Part shown: one piece after another, positions 16,591 to 26,056 of the stretch
How the letters are laid out: each line of letters opens with the position of its first letter
Numbering within the stretch: the stretch's first letter is position 1
Source of the DNA: Acidimicrobiia bacterium
Lineage (GTDB): Bacteria > Actinomycetota > Acidimicrobiia > Spongiisociales > ZC4RG35
Reading direction: 5' to 3'
DNA: 61,892 nucleotides
Assembly: GCA_009377435.1 (NCBI GenBank)
Contig: WHUC01000002.1
Location: 1 to 61,892 of the forward strand
Program-made: the position numbers and the translations under genes
The notes under the pieces: model-generated
The model's database searches: none
Told to the model about the DNA's origin: nothing
Seen by the model: only the letters and a program-made list of their open reading frames with translations

Positions 16591-16675
16591 GTTGCCCGGA
16601 GGGTAAATGCCCAGCTCGCGACGTCGGTGCAGGTGTGTCGTCCCACGGTTTCAGCCGCTACCATGACGACACCCA

Positions 16676-16749
16676 CGGGCTGTGGCGCAGCTTGGTAGCG
16701 CGCTTGACTGGGGGTCAAGAGGTCGTGGGTTCAAATCCCGCCAGCCCGA
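16676..16749 (+). tRNA. tRNA-Pro (anticodon GGG)
   Basis: CGGGCTGTGGCGCAGCTTGGTAGCGCGCTTGACTGGGGGTCAAGAGGTCGTGGGTTCAAATCCCGCCAGCCCGA. Acceptor CGGGCTG/CAGCCCG; anticodon stem CTTGA/TCAAG with loop CTGGGGG; T-loop GGTTCAAATCC. Confidence 0.9.
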
Positions 16750-16810
16750 CGAGCACCCGTACCCAGGGTAGAGGTCATCGCCCGGCGATCATCTCCGCCC
16801 AAGGTTCACC

Positions 16811-16963
16811 TTAGAACCGGCCTATCAACCAGATGACACCATCGATCAGACGCCAGCCCAGATAGAGGACGGCGAGGACGACGACGATCCGGAAGGTCCA
16901 GGGGGTGGTCACCGGCTCCTCTGCGGGTTGGCCGTCCTCTTCGGGAAGGAAGGGGCCGCTCAC
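16811..16963 (-). CDS. Small (50-aa) single-TM protein, hypothetical
   Basis: (V)SGPFLPEEDGQPAEEPVTTPWTFRIVVVLAVLYLGWRLIDGVIWLIGRF. The GTG overlaps the der stop (GTGA). Below the track size cut-off as an independent ORF. Confidence 0.35.
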   Translation of the reverse strand: MSGPFLPEEDGQPAEEPVTTPWTFRIVVVLAVLYLGWRLIDGVIWLIGRF

Positions 16964-18312
16964 GAGTATCTGGGAGGTCGGGTGCGGGCGATGACACGGA
17001 CCGGGGTCCCGGTGAGGTCGGCCTCGGTGCGAAGCCGCGCCTCGATGAACCGCAGGTAGTCGGGGCTGAGACCCCCACCGGTGACGAAGAGGATCACCGT
17101 CGGGGGCTCGATGCCGGCCTGGACGGCGTAGCGGATGTTGGGACGGCGCCCCTTGCGCACCGGGGGCGGATGGGCGGCGATCCACTTCCTGAGGAGACGA
17201 TTGAGCTGTCCGGTGGGTATCCGCTGTCGGCGGGAGACCAGCACGGTTTCGATGGCGGGACCGATCCGACGGATCCGGGCCCCGGTCTCGGCGGAGATCC
17301 GGATCAGTGGCGCCCAGTCGACAAATTCGAGACGCTCGAGATTGCGATCGAGGTCGAAGCGGACATCGTCGTCGACGAGGTCCCATTTGTTGAGGACCAG
17401 GACCATCCCCACACCCTCCTCCACGACCTCGGAGGCGATCCGGGCGTCCTGGTGGGTGATCCTGTCGGCGGCGTCGACGAGAAGGAGGGCGACATCGGCG
17501 GTCTGGAGTGCTTCCCGGGCCCGGAGGACGGCGTAGAAGTCGGCGTCCTCGGTTATCTGCGGTTTGCGGCGGATCCCGGCGGTGTCGACGAGCACGTACC
17601 GGGCACCATCGACCTCGACCTCGACATCGACCGGATCGCGGGTGGTGCCGGGACGGTCGGACACGATCACCCGCTCCTCCCCCATCAGGGTGTTGAGCAG
17701 GGTGGATTTGCCGACGTTGGGTCGCCCGATGATTGCGATCCGGGGGAGGTTATGGTCGGGGTGCTTCTCGACACTGTCGGGAAAGCTGTCTATCACCCGA
17801 TCAAGGAGCTCACCGACCCCGCGGCCATGGATCGCCGACACCGGCGACGGCTCGCCCAGCCCCAACGCCCACAGCTCTGACGCCTGACCCTCGACGACCT
17901 CATTGTCGGCCTTGTTCGCCGCCAGATGGACGGGGACGGCGCTGCGACGGAGAAGATCGACCACGGCGGCATCGGCGTCGGTCGGCCCGGCGGTGGCATC
18001 GACCACGAAGATGATCGAGTCGGCCACGGCGAGGGCGGCCTCGGCCTGGTCGCGGATGGCGGCGCCGATACCGTCGTCGGGCTCGATTTCCCACCCGCCG
18101 GTGTCGACCAGGATGAAATCGCGACCACCCCACTCGGCGTCAAAGCTGCGACGGTCCCGAGTGACACCCGGCTCCGACTCGACGACGGCCGGTCTCCCCC
18201 CGACTATCCGGTTCACGAGTGCCGACTTGCCTACGTTGGGTCTACCCAAAACGGCCACGACCGGTAAACGACGACCTTCCCCGGCCGCCCCACCCGCCCG
18301 CCGGCTGTTCAC
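16960..18312 (-). CDS. der: Ribosome-associated GTPase Der/EngA
   Basis: Two G domains (GRPNVGKSALVN and GRPNVGKSTLLN) plus a KH-like C-terminus. Start set to GTG (Val13), overlapping the ispH stop (GTGA). Confidence 0.9.
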   Translation of the reverse strand: MNSRRAGGAAGEGRRLPVVAVLGRPNVGKSALVNRIVGGRPAVVESEPGVTRDRRSFDAEWGGRDFILVDTGGWEIEPDDGIGAAIRDQAEAALAVADSIIFVVDATAGPTDADAAVVDLLRRSAVPVHLAANKADNEVVEGQASELWALGLGEPSPVSAIHGRGVGELLDRVIDSFPDSVEKHPDHNLPRIAIIGRPNVGKSTLLNTLMGEERVIVSDRPGTTRDPVDVEVEVDGARYVLVDTAGIRRKPQITEDADFYAVLRAREALQTADVALLLVDAADRITHQDARIASEVVEEGVGMVLVLNKWDLVDDDVRFDLDRNLERLEFVDWAPLIRISAETGARIRRIGPAIETVLVSRRQRIPTGQLNRLLRKWIAAHPPPVRKGRRPNIRYAVQAGIEPPTVILFVTGGGLSPDYLRFIEARLRTEADLTGTPVRVIARTRPPRYS

Positions 18313-19367
18313 CTGACTATCGACTCCAGGGCTTCGGTGGCGGTCCATGTGCGGTCCCCCGCCATCCAGTCGGGCTCCCGGGGCCGTCGGGCGGCGACAC
18401 CGGCCTCGACCATCGTCTGCAGCAATCCCACCAGACCCCGAAGCTGTGGTGGAAGAGGAAAGTACTCGCCCTCTTCGGTGACACTGAACAACTCGAACCC
18501 GAGGCTCGGGTCGAGACGATCGATGACATCGGTGACCAGATGATCAGGAGCGGAGGCGCCGGCGGTGAGACCCACCGTCGTCACATCCCCGAGCCAGTCC
18601 TCCCGGATGTCGTCGACCGAGTCGATACGGTGGGCCGCGGTGTCGAACTCCCGGGCCACGCGGACCAGAGCCCTGGTGTTCGACGAGTTCTCCGAACCCA
18701 CCACCAGGATCAGCTGGCACTGCTCGGTGAGACCGCGCACAGCCTCCTGACGGTTGGTCGTGGCGTAGCAGAGGTCGGAACGGCGGGCGGTGGTGATCTC
18801 GGGAAACCGGTCCCTGGCCGCATCGAGCACCGACGTCCACTCGTGGACCCCCAGGGTGGTCTGACTGAGAAGGGCCACCTTCGACGGATCCTTGGGGGTG
18901 AAATTGTCGGCCAACCCCGACTCCGGCTCCACCAGCGTGATCTCGTCGGGGGCCTCGGCGAGAGTACCGATCGCCTCGTCATGGCCGACGTGGCCGACGT
19001 AGATGATCTCATAGCCCCGTGCCGTCATGCGTTTCACCTCGTGGTGAACCTTGGTGACGAGGGGGCACACCGCGTCGATGACGACACTGGCCCGCTCGGC
19101 GGCACCGGAGACGACCTCGGGTGCGGACCCATGGGCGGACAGCATGATGGGGGCATCCTCCGGCGCCTCCTCGATGTCGTCGACGAAGATGACACCCACC
19201 TTCTCGAAGGCGCGCACCACCCACTCGTTGTGGACTATCTCGTGATAGCAGTAAACCGGCGGCTCGAAGATGCGGACCATCCAGGTAAGGGCCTTTATGG
19301 CCATCTCCACCCCGGCACAGAATCCACGTGGCTCGGCCACAAGTACGCGTTCGACCATGGTCAACAT
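18309..19367 (-). CDS. ispH: 4-hydroxy-3-methylbut-2-enyl diphosphate reductase
   Basis: 352-aa ORF. PRGFCAGVEMAI, HNEWV and SSNT motifs of IspH/LytB. Confidence 0.9.
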   Translation of the reverse strand: MLTMVERVLVAEPRGFCAGVEMAIKALTWMVRIFEPPVYCYHEIVHNEWVVRAFEKVGVIFVDDIEEAPEDAPIMLSAHGSAPEVVSGAAERASVVIDAVCPLVTKVHHEVKRMTARGYEIIYVGHVGHDEAIGTLAEAPDEITLVEPESGLADNFTPKDPSKVALLSQTTLGVHEWTSVLDAARDRFPEITTARRSDLCYATTNRQEAVRGLTEQCQLILVVGSENSSNTRALVRVAREFDTAAHRIDSVDDIREDWLGDVTTVGLTAGASAPDHLVTDVIDRLDPSLGFELFSVTEEGEYFPLPPQLRGLVGLLQTMVEAGVAARRPREPDWMAGDRTWTATEALESIVR

Positions 19368-19392
19368 AGTAGGGAGGGAACCAGCCGCTGCG

Positions 19393-20034
19393 TTAGCCGA
19401 GGAGACCGAGGATGCGGTCGACCACCTCGTCGATGGTGAGGTCGGTGGTATCGATCACCTCGGCGTCGTCGGCGATCACCAGTGGTGAGGCGGTCCGCGA
19501 AGAGTCGAGTCGGTCACGACGCTCGATGGCGGCGCCGACATCGGTGACGCCGGGCAGCTCCCCGGAGCGTCGTGCCGCCCTCACCTCGGGGCTGGCGTCG
19601 AGATAGATCTTGAGATCGGCGTCGGGGAACACCACCGACCCGGTATCGCGTCCCTCGGCCACACAGGCGCCTCCCCGCTCCCCCGCCCAACGCCGTTGGG
19701 CGTCGACCAGGAGCACCCGCACCTCGGGGTGGGCCGAGACCGCCGAGACATTGTCGGAGACTGTGTCGGAGCGGATAGTGGAGGTGACATCGCGGTCATC
19801 GAGAATCACCGTCGGGTCGCCGATCTCCATGTCGGTGCCATGTACTACCTCGACGACCGCCTCGGCGTCCTCAGGGTCGACACCGGCCTCGAGGACGGCG
19901 AGGGTGGCGGTGCGATAGAAGGCACCGGTGTCGAGATGGGGGACCCCCAACCGCTCCGCGGTGAGACGGCTGACCGTCGACTTGCCCGACCCGGCCGGCC
20001 CGTCGATGGCGATGATGAGGTCGGAGCTACTCAC
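19393..20034 (-). CDS. cmk: Cytidylate kinase
   Basis: IAIDGPAGSGKSTVSRLTAERLG P-loop and overall Cmk length (213 aa). Confidence 0.9.
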   Translation of the reverse strand: MSSSDLIIAIDGPAGSGKSTVSRLTAERLGVPHLDTGAFYRTATLAVLEAGVDPEDAEAVVEVVHGTDMEIGDPTVILDDRDVTSTIRSDTVSDNVSAVSAHPEVRVLLVDAQRRWAGERGGACVAEGRDTGSVVFPDADLKIYLDASPEVRAARRSGELPGVTDVGAAIERRDRLDSSRTASPLVIADDAEVIDTTDLTIDEVVDRILGLLG

Positions 20035-20091
20035 AGCGCCGCAGGTTATCGGAGGCAGGACCGTTGGGGTTCGATGTCGTGTCGCCCCATC

Positions 20092-20439
20092 TCACAGGGC
20101 AAGATGGAGTCGGAGCGCCTCATCGAGGTCTGACATCACGGCCGCTGGCACTGCCCCAACCTTTTGTCGGATTCGCTCGACAGACACTGATCGCACCTGC
20201 TCGGCCTGCGCCTTTGAGTCACGATCGAGCCCGGTGTGCTCCACGGGGAGCAGCACCTGGAACGAATACACTCGAGCCACCGCCGAGGTGATGGGTACGA
20301 CGGTGACCACCCCTCGACCAAGCCTCGCTGCCATCGTGTTGGCGCCATCGTTGGAAACGATCACCGCAGGTCGCAGTTTGTCCGCCTCGCCTCTCCGTGC
20401 CGGATCGAAGTCTACGAGCCTGATCTCACCCCGCAGCAT
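20092..20439 (-). CDS. mazF: MazF/PemK-family endoribonuclease toxin
   Basis: MLRGEIRLVDFDPARRGEADKLRPAVIVSND......VVPITS....Y.F.V is the canonical MazF/PemK pattern. Confidence 0.85.
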   Translation of the reverse strand: MLRGEIRLVDFDPARRGEADKLRPAVIVSNDGANTMAARLGRGVVTVVPITSAVARVYSFQVLLPVEHTGLDRDSKAQAEQVRSVSVERIRQKVGAVPAAVMSDLDEALRLHLAL

Positions 20440-20663
20440 CAGGGATTCGACAGACCGTCACCGATCACGGCTTCCCACCCCTCGCCCTGGTCGGAATCCG
20501 ACCACTCGGCCCAGGCGCGGGAGTATTCATCACCCAGCTCGGCCGACCGCAACAGACGCACTGCCTTGTGGACGACAGCCGAGCGTGACCGATATCCCTG
20601 GGTACGGATGTACTCGTCGAGGAACTCGACGTCGTCGGCGGGGAGACTGACACTCAGTTTCAT
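20439..20663 (-). CDS. Ribbon-helix-helix antitoxin (MazE-like)
   Basis: 74-aa ORF. MKLSVSLPADDVEFLDEYIRTQGYRSRSAVVHKAVRLL is an RHH fold pattern. The stop shares 1 nt with the mazF ATG. Confidence 0.7.
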   Translation of the reverse strand: MKLSVSLPADDVEFLDEYIRTQGYRSRSAVVHKAVRLLRSAELGDEYSRAWAEWSDSDQGEGWEAVIGDGLSNP

Positions 20664-20812
20664 ACCCTGATGCTACCAAGGGTACGACCTCTTGGCTACC
20701 CATGCCGAGCCCAGCCAGGGTTGGGCCATCAGCTACGGTCGGGATCCATCACCGATGAGTTCGGCATGCTCATATGGTCGGTAGTACGAGAACCATTCGA
20801 CAGGAGGTCACC

Positions 20813-21366
20813 ATGGCCAGCATCCAACCCAAGTTCGAGTTTGACGACCGCTTTAGTGAACCCGAGGCGAAGGGCACCCCGTGGGACGGTGCCGTTCGTG
20901 TTCTCAAAGAGTCCGAGCTTTATTGGATCACCACGGTCCGGCGCCAGGGCAAACCCCACGTCACACCCATGGTTGGGGTGTGGAGCGATGGTGCGATGTA
21001 CTTCTGCACCGGCCCCGGCGAATAGAAGGCCGTCAACGTGGGGACCAACCCCGCGTCGCAGTGATGACCGGTGTTAACACCTGAAAGGAGGGTCTCGACG
21101 TCATTGTCGAGGGGATCGCCGTACGAGTGACCGGGTAGGAGGAGCTGCAGGCACTCGCCGACGCCTATTTGGCGAAGTACGGCAAGGCGTGGAGATTCGA
21201 GGTCGGCGACGGGGTGTTCGGATCGGGCGACGATTCGGCTCTCGTATTTCGTGTCGAGCCGGCCAAGGTGCTCGCCTTGGCCACGGTCAGACCCGCTATC
21301 GATTCCCCTGAGTTCATCTCCACACTGGGGTCAGCGCGGTTGGAAACTGCCAGACTGAAAAACTAG
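20813..21366 (+). pseudogene. Pyridoxamine 5'-phosphate oxidase (PPOX)-family gene inactivated by three stops and one frameshift
   Basis: MASIQPKFEF...ELYWITTVRRQGKPHVTPMVGVWSDGAMYFCTGPGE[TAG]KAVNVGTNP[frameshift]RVAVMTGVNT[TGA]KEGLDVIVEGIAVRVTG[TAG]EELQALADAYLAKYGKAWRFEV... The pieces appear as track ORFs 20774.., 20881.. and 21169.. in two frames. AGGAGG is retained upstream of the ATG. Confidence 0.75.
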
Positions 21367-21430
21367 GAATGTAGTCTCAACTCCCGCTATCTATCCTTTT
21401 GTGTCACACCCCTCCCCTAGATTGTGAGTT

Positions 21431-22540
21431 ATGGAACAAGGAGCGGACATGCTGAAGGGAATCGGGGTTGAATCCCTCACCGCCGATGACCTCGAGATCT
21501 TCGGCGTCGAGATCGAAGAGCGGATCGGTGACCTCCGCTCCACCCAGGCCGCCTTGTTGTCGGAGGTGGAGGCCCGTCAGATCCCCCTCGCCGACGGGTG
21601 TCGCAGTCTCAACGAGTGGGCGGCAGCCCGTCTCGATGTGTCCCCGGAGACGGCGTCGGATCTGGTCCGTCTCACCCACACAGACCATGATCCCGGACGG
21701 GGTAGCGTCGACCGGAGGGTGGTCACGGTGAAACTGGCCGAGGCGGGAGCTTCGGAGTCGGAGTTGGAGCGGTCCTTCGGGTTCGACATCTCCGGGGTGC
21801 GAAGGCTCGCCTCGCAGCGGAAACGACTCACCCCCACAGACGAGCGGGAGGCTTATCGTTCCCGTTATCTCTGTATCCAACCGTCACTGGATGAGAGCCA
21901 ATGGAGAGTCCACGGCCGCCTCCCCGGAGCCGACGGCCGGATCGTGGAAGAGGTCCTGACCGCACGGGCGGACTCCTTCCCCCACTATGGCATCCGAGAC
22001 GGAGCCGCCACCCGCAAGGCCGACGCCCTCGTCTCCCTCTGCCAGGACCAAACACCCCCCAACACCGACGGTGGTTCGGGTCCCCTACTCACGGTGTTCG
22101 TCGATACCGCCCACGCCGCCGCCACCAACGGCGAGGCTGGAGTCACCGTGGAAGCCGGCCCCAGAGTCGGCGTCCAAACCATAGAAGAGATCCTTTGTGG
22201 CGGCACCGTCGAGGTCATCGCCCGCCAAGCGGACGGCACCCCCATGAAATACGGCCGCCAAACACGGGTGGTGCCGCCCTCCCTGAGGCGGGCCATCCTC
22301 AGCCGCGACGGCCACGCCTGCACCGTCGAGGGATGTTCCAGTAGGTATCGGTTGCAGATCCACCACACCATCCCCTACTCCGAAGGCGGCACGACCGACC
22401 CCGACAACCTCGCCACGATCTGCTGGTACCACCACCACGTCTCCATCCACGGCCGGGGCATGCGCATCGACCCCCAATCACCGTTCCAACGACGACACCT
22501 CCTCCCCCCGAACCGCCTCCCCCGGCCTCCCCCCGGCTAG
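21431..22540 (+). CDS. DUF222 + HNH endonuclease (REP13E12-like)
   Basis: 369-aa ORF with a DUF222-type N-terminal region. C-terminal CTVEGCSSRYRLQIHHTIPYSEGGTTDPDNLATICWYHHHVSIH is an HNH motif. Confidence 0.85.
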   Translation: MEQGADMLKGIGVESLTADDLEIFGVEIEERIGDLRSTQAALLSEVEARQIPLADGCRSLNEWAAARLDVSPETASDLVRLTHTDHDPGRGSVDRRVVTVKLAEAGASESELERSFGFDISGVRRLASQRKRLTPTDEREAYRSRYLCIQPSLDESQWRVHGRLPGADGRIVEEVLTARADSFPHYGIRDGAATRKADALVSLCQDQTPPNTDGGSGPLLTVFVDTAHAAATNGEAGVTVEAGPRVGVQTIEEILCGGTVEVIARQADGTPMKYGRQTRVVPPSLRRAILSRDGHACTVEGCSSRYRLQIHHTIPYSEGGTTDPDNLATICWYHHHVSIHGRGMRIDPQSPFQRRHLLPPNRLPRPPPG

Positions 22541-22722
22541 ACGAGAGGCTCCTTCCCGACTCGCGATCACCACCCATCCCACGATTCGACATCTCAGACT
22601 GAGAACCCCGTCACCCGAACAGGTGGTGAGGGGTTGAGCCCTGAGCGAGGTCAGATGGCGACCCCAGAGGTATCCCCTAGGCCTCCTCAGATGTCGAGCC
22701 GGCGAATGTTGCTGGGGCCCCG

Positions 22723-23982
22723 TCACAGCCCCGCCAGCATTTCGAAGTAGTCGGGCCAGGTCTTGGAGACGCAATCGGGGTCCTCGATGACGATGCCGTC
22801 TGTGATCAGCCCCAGCAGGGCAAAGGACATGGCCATGCGGTGGTCGTCGTAGGTGCGGATGGTGGCGGGGTGCAGCTCGCCAGGCTCGATGTGGAGGGTG
22901 TCACCCTCGACGGTGGCGGTGGCGCCCACCCGGGTCAACTCGTTCACTAGTGCGGCGAGACGGTCGGTCTCCTTGATTCGCAGGGTGTGGAGACCGGACA
23001 GGGTCGAGGGTCCCGCGGCCACCGCCGCGGCCACCGAAAGGGCCTGGGCGGCGTCGGGGGCATCACGGAGATCGATGTCAAGAGGACGGAGATTCCCGGG
23101 GCCTCCGGCCCTCCCCACCACCATGAGGAAGTCGTCGCCGTGGCGGACCGCACACCCCATCCGCTCCAGGGCGTCGAGCACGATGATGTCGGGTTGGCGT
23201 GTGCTCCGGCCCACACCTCGCACCACCACCGTGCCCCCGGTGATGGCCGCGGCGACGAGAGGGTAGGCGGCCGATGACATGTCGGCCTCGACCAACAACT
23301 CGGTGCGGCGGTATCCGGTCGGTGAGATCCGGTAGCCGTTGTCCCCGGGCTCGATCTCGGAGCCGAATGCGGTCATGACATCGGTGGTGATGTCCAGATA
23401 GGGACGGGAGGTCACCTCCCCGGCGAAGACCAGATCCACGGAATCGTGGGCCATGGGGGCGATAAGCATCACCGCCGACACCACCTGACTGCTCGCCGAG
23501 CCGTCGACCACGACCCTTCCCCCACGCGGGATCGATCCGGTCACGGTCACCGGGGGGAAGCCATCTGTGGCAAGGCTCTCGATACCCATCGTCGTCAGGG
23601 CCTCGGTGAGGGCCCCGATGGGGCGCTTCCGCATCCGCTCGGTGCCATCTATGACGGAGGTTCCGTTGGCGAGGCCGGCCAGGGCGGTGATGAATCGGGC
23701 AGTGGTACCAGACGCCCCCACGTCGATGTCGGCGCCGGTGAGCGGATCGCCCCCGAGTATGAGCCAGGGATCGTCGACATCGTCGATGGAGATTCCGAGA
23801 CCACGGATTCCCTGACGCATCCGCATGGTGTCGTCCGCGTCAAGGGGATCGTGGAGACGGTTGATCCCCCTGGCGAGGGCGGCGCAGATGAGGGCGCGGT
23901 TGGTGATGCTCTTCGAACCCGGCGGGCGGACCTCGGCCTCGATGGGCTCGGTCCTACGTCGGATCTCAATTTTGTCCGTCAC
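22723..23982 (-). CDS. aroA: 3-phosphoshikimate 1-carboxyvinyltransferase (EPSP synthase)
   Basis: PPGSKSITNRALICAALA motif. Start tentatively GTG (Val16 of the track ORF), which reduces the overlap with rluB to 17 nt. Confidence 0.9.
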   Translation of the reverse strand: MTDKIEIRRRTEPIEAEVRPPGSKSITNRALICAALARGINRLHDPLDADDTMRMRQGIRGLGISIDDVDDPWLILGGDPLTGADIDVGASGTTARFITALAGLANGTSVIDGTERMRKRPIGALTEALTTMGIESLATDGFPPVTVTGSIPRGGRVVVDGSASSQVVSAVMLIAPMAHDSVDLVFAGEVTSRPYLDITTDVMTAFGSEIEPGDNGYRISPTGYRRTELLVEADMSSAAYPLVAAAITGGTVVVRGVGRSTRQPDIIVLDALERMGCAVRHGDDFLMVVGRAGGPGNLRPLDIDLRDAPDAAQALSVAAAVAAGPSTLSGLHTLRIKETDRLAALVNELTRVGATATVEGDTLHIEPGELHPATIRTYDDHRMAMSFALLGLITDGIVIEDPDCVSKTWPDYFEMLAGL

Positions 23983-24721
23983 GCGCACCCTCCACGGCAA
24001 TACGGTTGAGTCGGATGATCTCGTCATTGTCCAGCACCCGCCAGGTACCTGGTTCCAGGTCGTTGTCGGTGATCGGGCCGATGGCCGTCCGCACCAGGGA
24101 GGCCACCTCGAATCCGAGCTCGGCGAACATCCTTCTGATCTCCCGGTTGCGCCCCTCCCCCATCACCATCTCGATGAGGGTGCCGTCGGGTCCCCGCGCC
24201 ACCACCTTCGCGGAGCGGGCCGCGGCGAGACCGTCGTCGAGATCGATCCCCACGACGAGCCGGCGTACCTCCCTCTCTCCGACGGGCTCGGCAACTCTCA
24301 CCAGATAGGTCTTGGTGACACCGTATCGAGGATGTGTCACCCGCAATGTCAGATCGCCGTCGTTGGAGAGGAGGATGAGGCCCTCGGAGTCGGCATCGAG
24401 ACGGCCGACCGGATACACCCGGGGCTCGTCGGGGACGAGATCCACCACAGTCCTGCGGTGCCGAGGGTCGTCGGCGGTGGAAATGACGCCCACCGGTTTG
24501 TACACGAGATAGGTCACCCCGGAGGGGCTGGTGGGTATGGGAACACCATCGATGGCGACGGTCTGGGTTTCGGGGTCGACCCGATCACCGAGAGACGAGG
24601 TCGCCCCGTCGACACTGATCCGACCGGCGGCGATCAGATCCTCGGCGGCCCGACGCGACATCAAACCCGCCCGGGAGATGGCCTTTTGGATCCGCATCCT
24701 CTCTCCTGAGAATTCAGCCAC
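23966..24721 (-). CDS. rluB: rRNA pseudouridine synthase (RluB/RsuA family)
   Basis: S4 domain (MRIQKAISRAGLMSRRAAEDLI) and the catalytic GRLDADSEGL motif. Confidence 0.85.
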   Translation of the reverse strand: MAEFSGERMRIQKAISRAGLMSRRAAEDLIAAGRISVDGATSSLGDRVDPETQTVAIDGVPIPTSPSGVTYLVYKPVGVISTADDPRHRRTVVDLVPDEPRVYPVGRLDADSEGLILLSNDGDLTLRVTHPRYGVTKTYLVRVAEPVGEREVRRLVVGIDLDDGLAAARSAKVVARGPDGTLIEMVMGEGRNREIRRMFAELGFEVASLVRTAIGPITDNDLEPGTWRVLDNDEIIRLNRIAVEGARDGQN

Positions 24722-25274
24722 CGGGGCGGAAGGTGTCCTCGAGCGCCCCCACGACCTCGGCCGGTGGGACGTGGTCGGCCAGGGGTGGCAAATCGGCCAG
24801 ACCGGAGATGCCCACCTTCTCGAGGAAGAGATCGGTCGTCCCGTACACGGCCGGGTTTCCCGGCAGAGGAAGGCGATCGATCTCGGTTATGAGTGCCAGA
24901 CGCTCCAGGGTGCGCACCGCCGAGTCGGAGTCGACACCGCGGATCTCGTTGATCTGGGCCCGTGACACCGGTTGCTCGTAGGCGACCACGGAGAGCACCT
25001 CGAGGGCCGCCGGGGAGATCTTGCGTGCCGACGCCGACACCGAGAAGCGCTCGAGATGGTGGTAGGCGTCGGGATGGCTGTAGAGACGCCATCCTCCCGC
25101 CGAGGACCGGAGGACGAGGCCACCCCCTCGCTCGGCTAGATCCGCCTCCAACTCGGAGAGGAGGTCCTCCACCTCGGTCTCGGGAATCTCGAGCACCTCG
25201 GCCAGCTCGCCCACCGGGACCGGTGACTCGGTGACGAACAGGATCGCCTCGAGCGCGCCTCGCGGTGTGATCAT
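24714..25274 (-). CDS. scpB: Segregation and condensation protein B
   Basis: Start at Met25 (ATGA overlap with scpA). ALEAILFVTESPVPVGELAEVL and SPAALEVLSVVAYEQPVSRAQINEIRG motifs. Confidence 0.85.
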   Translation of the reverse strand: MITPRGALEAILFVTESPVPVGELAEVLEIPETEVEDLLSELEADLAERGGGLVLRSSAGGWRLYSHPDAYHHLERFSVSASARKISPAALEVLSVVAYEQPVSRAQINEIRGVDSDSAVRTLERLALITEIDRLPLPGNPAVYGTTDLFLEKVGISGLADLPPLADHVPPAEVVGALEDTFRPGG

Positions 25275-26035
25275 CGGGCCCACTCCGAGGAGATGTGGCC
25301 GGCGGAAACTCCCTCCACGTGGCTCACCATGATCGGTGCCGTCCACCCGGGTTGGGAGACCGCGACGAGACCCCAGCGGGCGAGCTCCAGGAGGGCGAGG
25401 AAGTAGGCGCCAAGCTCGACGGGGCGTTCGCAGTGGTCGACGAGCTCATCGAAGGTGGTGTCGATCTCGGTGGCGACCCTCACCCTGAGCTCATCGATGG
25501 CGGCGGGGACGGAGGGGAGCTGGAGATCGAGATGGTCGAGATCTACTTCACCCTCGTGGCTGCTGAACACCCTGGCCGCGACGGCGTGGATACCGTCGGC
25601 GTCGACGGGGAGGATGATCTCGGGCGGTGCGGTGGCGATGGTCTGGTCGAGTCCGGATAACCGCGGGACGTAGCGGTTGGTCTCTTGGAGCCGATGACGG
25701 AGGACGGCCGCAACATCGCGGAAGGTGACGCACACGAGGAGCCGCTGAAGTAGTCGGTCACGCTCCTCCATGAGGGCGAGTTCCTCATCGATGTCGATCT
25801 CGGCGTCCACGGGGAGGAGAGCCCGGGCCTTGAGTTGGATCAGGGTGGCCGCCACGAGGAGGAACTCGCTGGTGACATCGAGGTCCATACGCCGCATCTC
25901 GTCGAGAAACGAGAGGTAGTCCGAAACCAGGTCGGTGAGGTCGATGGAGGTGATCTCCACCTGATGGCGGGTCACCAACTCGAGCAGGATCCCCAGGGGG
26001 CCCTCGAACACTGCTGTTTTCACCGAATATGACAT
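25271..26035 (-). CDS. scpA: Segregation and condensation protein A
   Basis: 254-aa ORF. FEGPLGILLELVTRHQVEITSIDL is the kleisin ScpA N-terminus. Confidence 0.85.
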   Translation of the reverse strand: MSYSVKTAVFEGPLGILLELVTRHQVEITSIDLTDLVSDYLSFLDEMRRMDLDVTSEFLLVAATLIQLKARALLPVDAEIDIDEELALMEERDRLLQRLLVCVTFRDVAAVLRHRLQETNRYVPRLSGLDQTIATAPPEIILPVDADGIHAVAARVFSSHEGEVDLDHLDLQLPSVPAAIDELRVRVATEIDTTFDELVDHCERPVELGAYFLALLELARWGLVAVSQPGWTAPIMVSHVEGVSAGHISSEWAR

Positions 26036-26056
26036 GGGGTCAGGAGACTCCCACCG

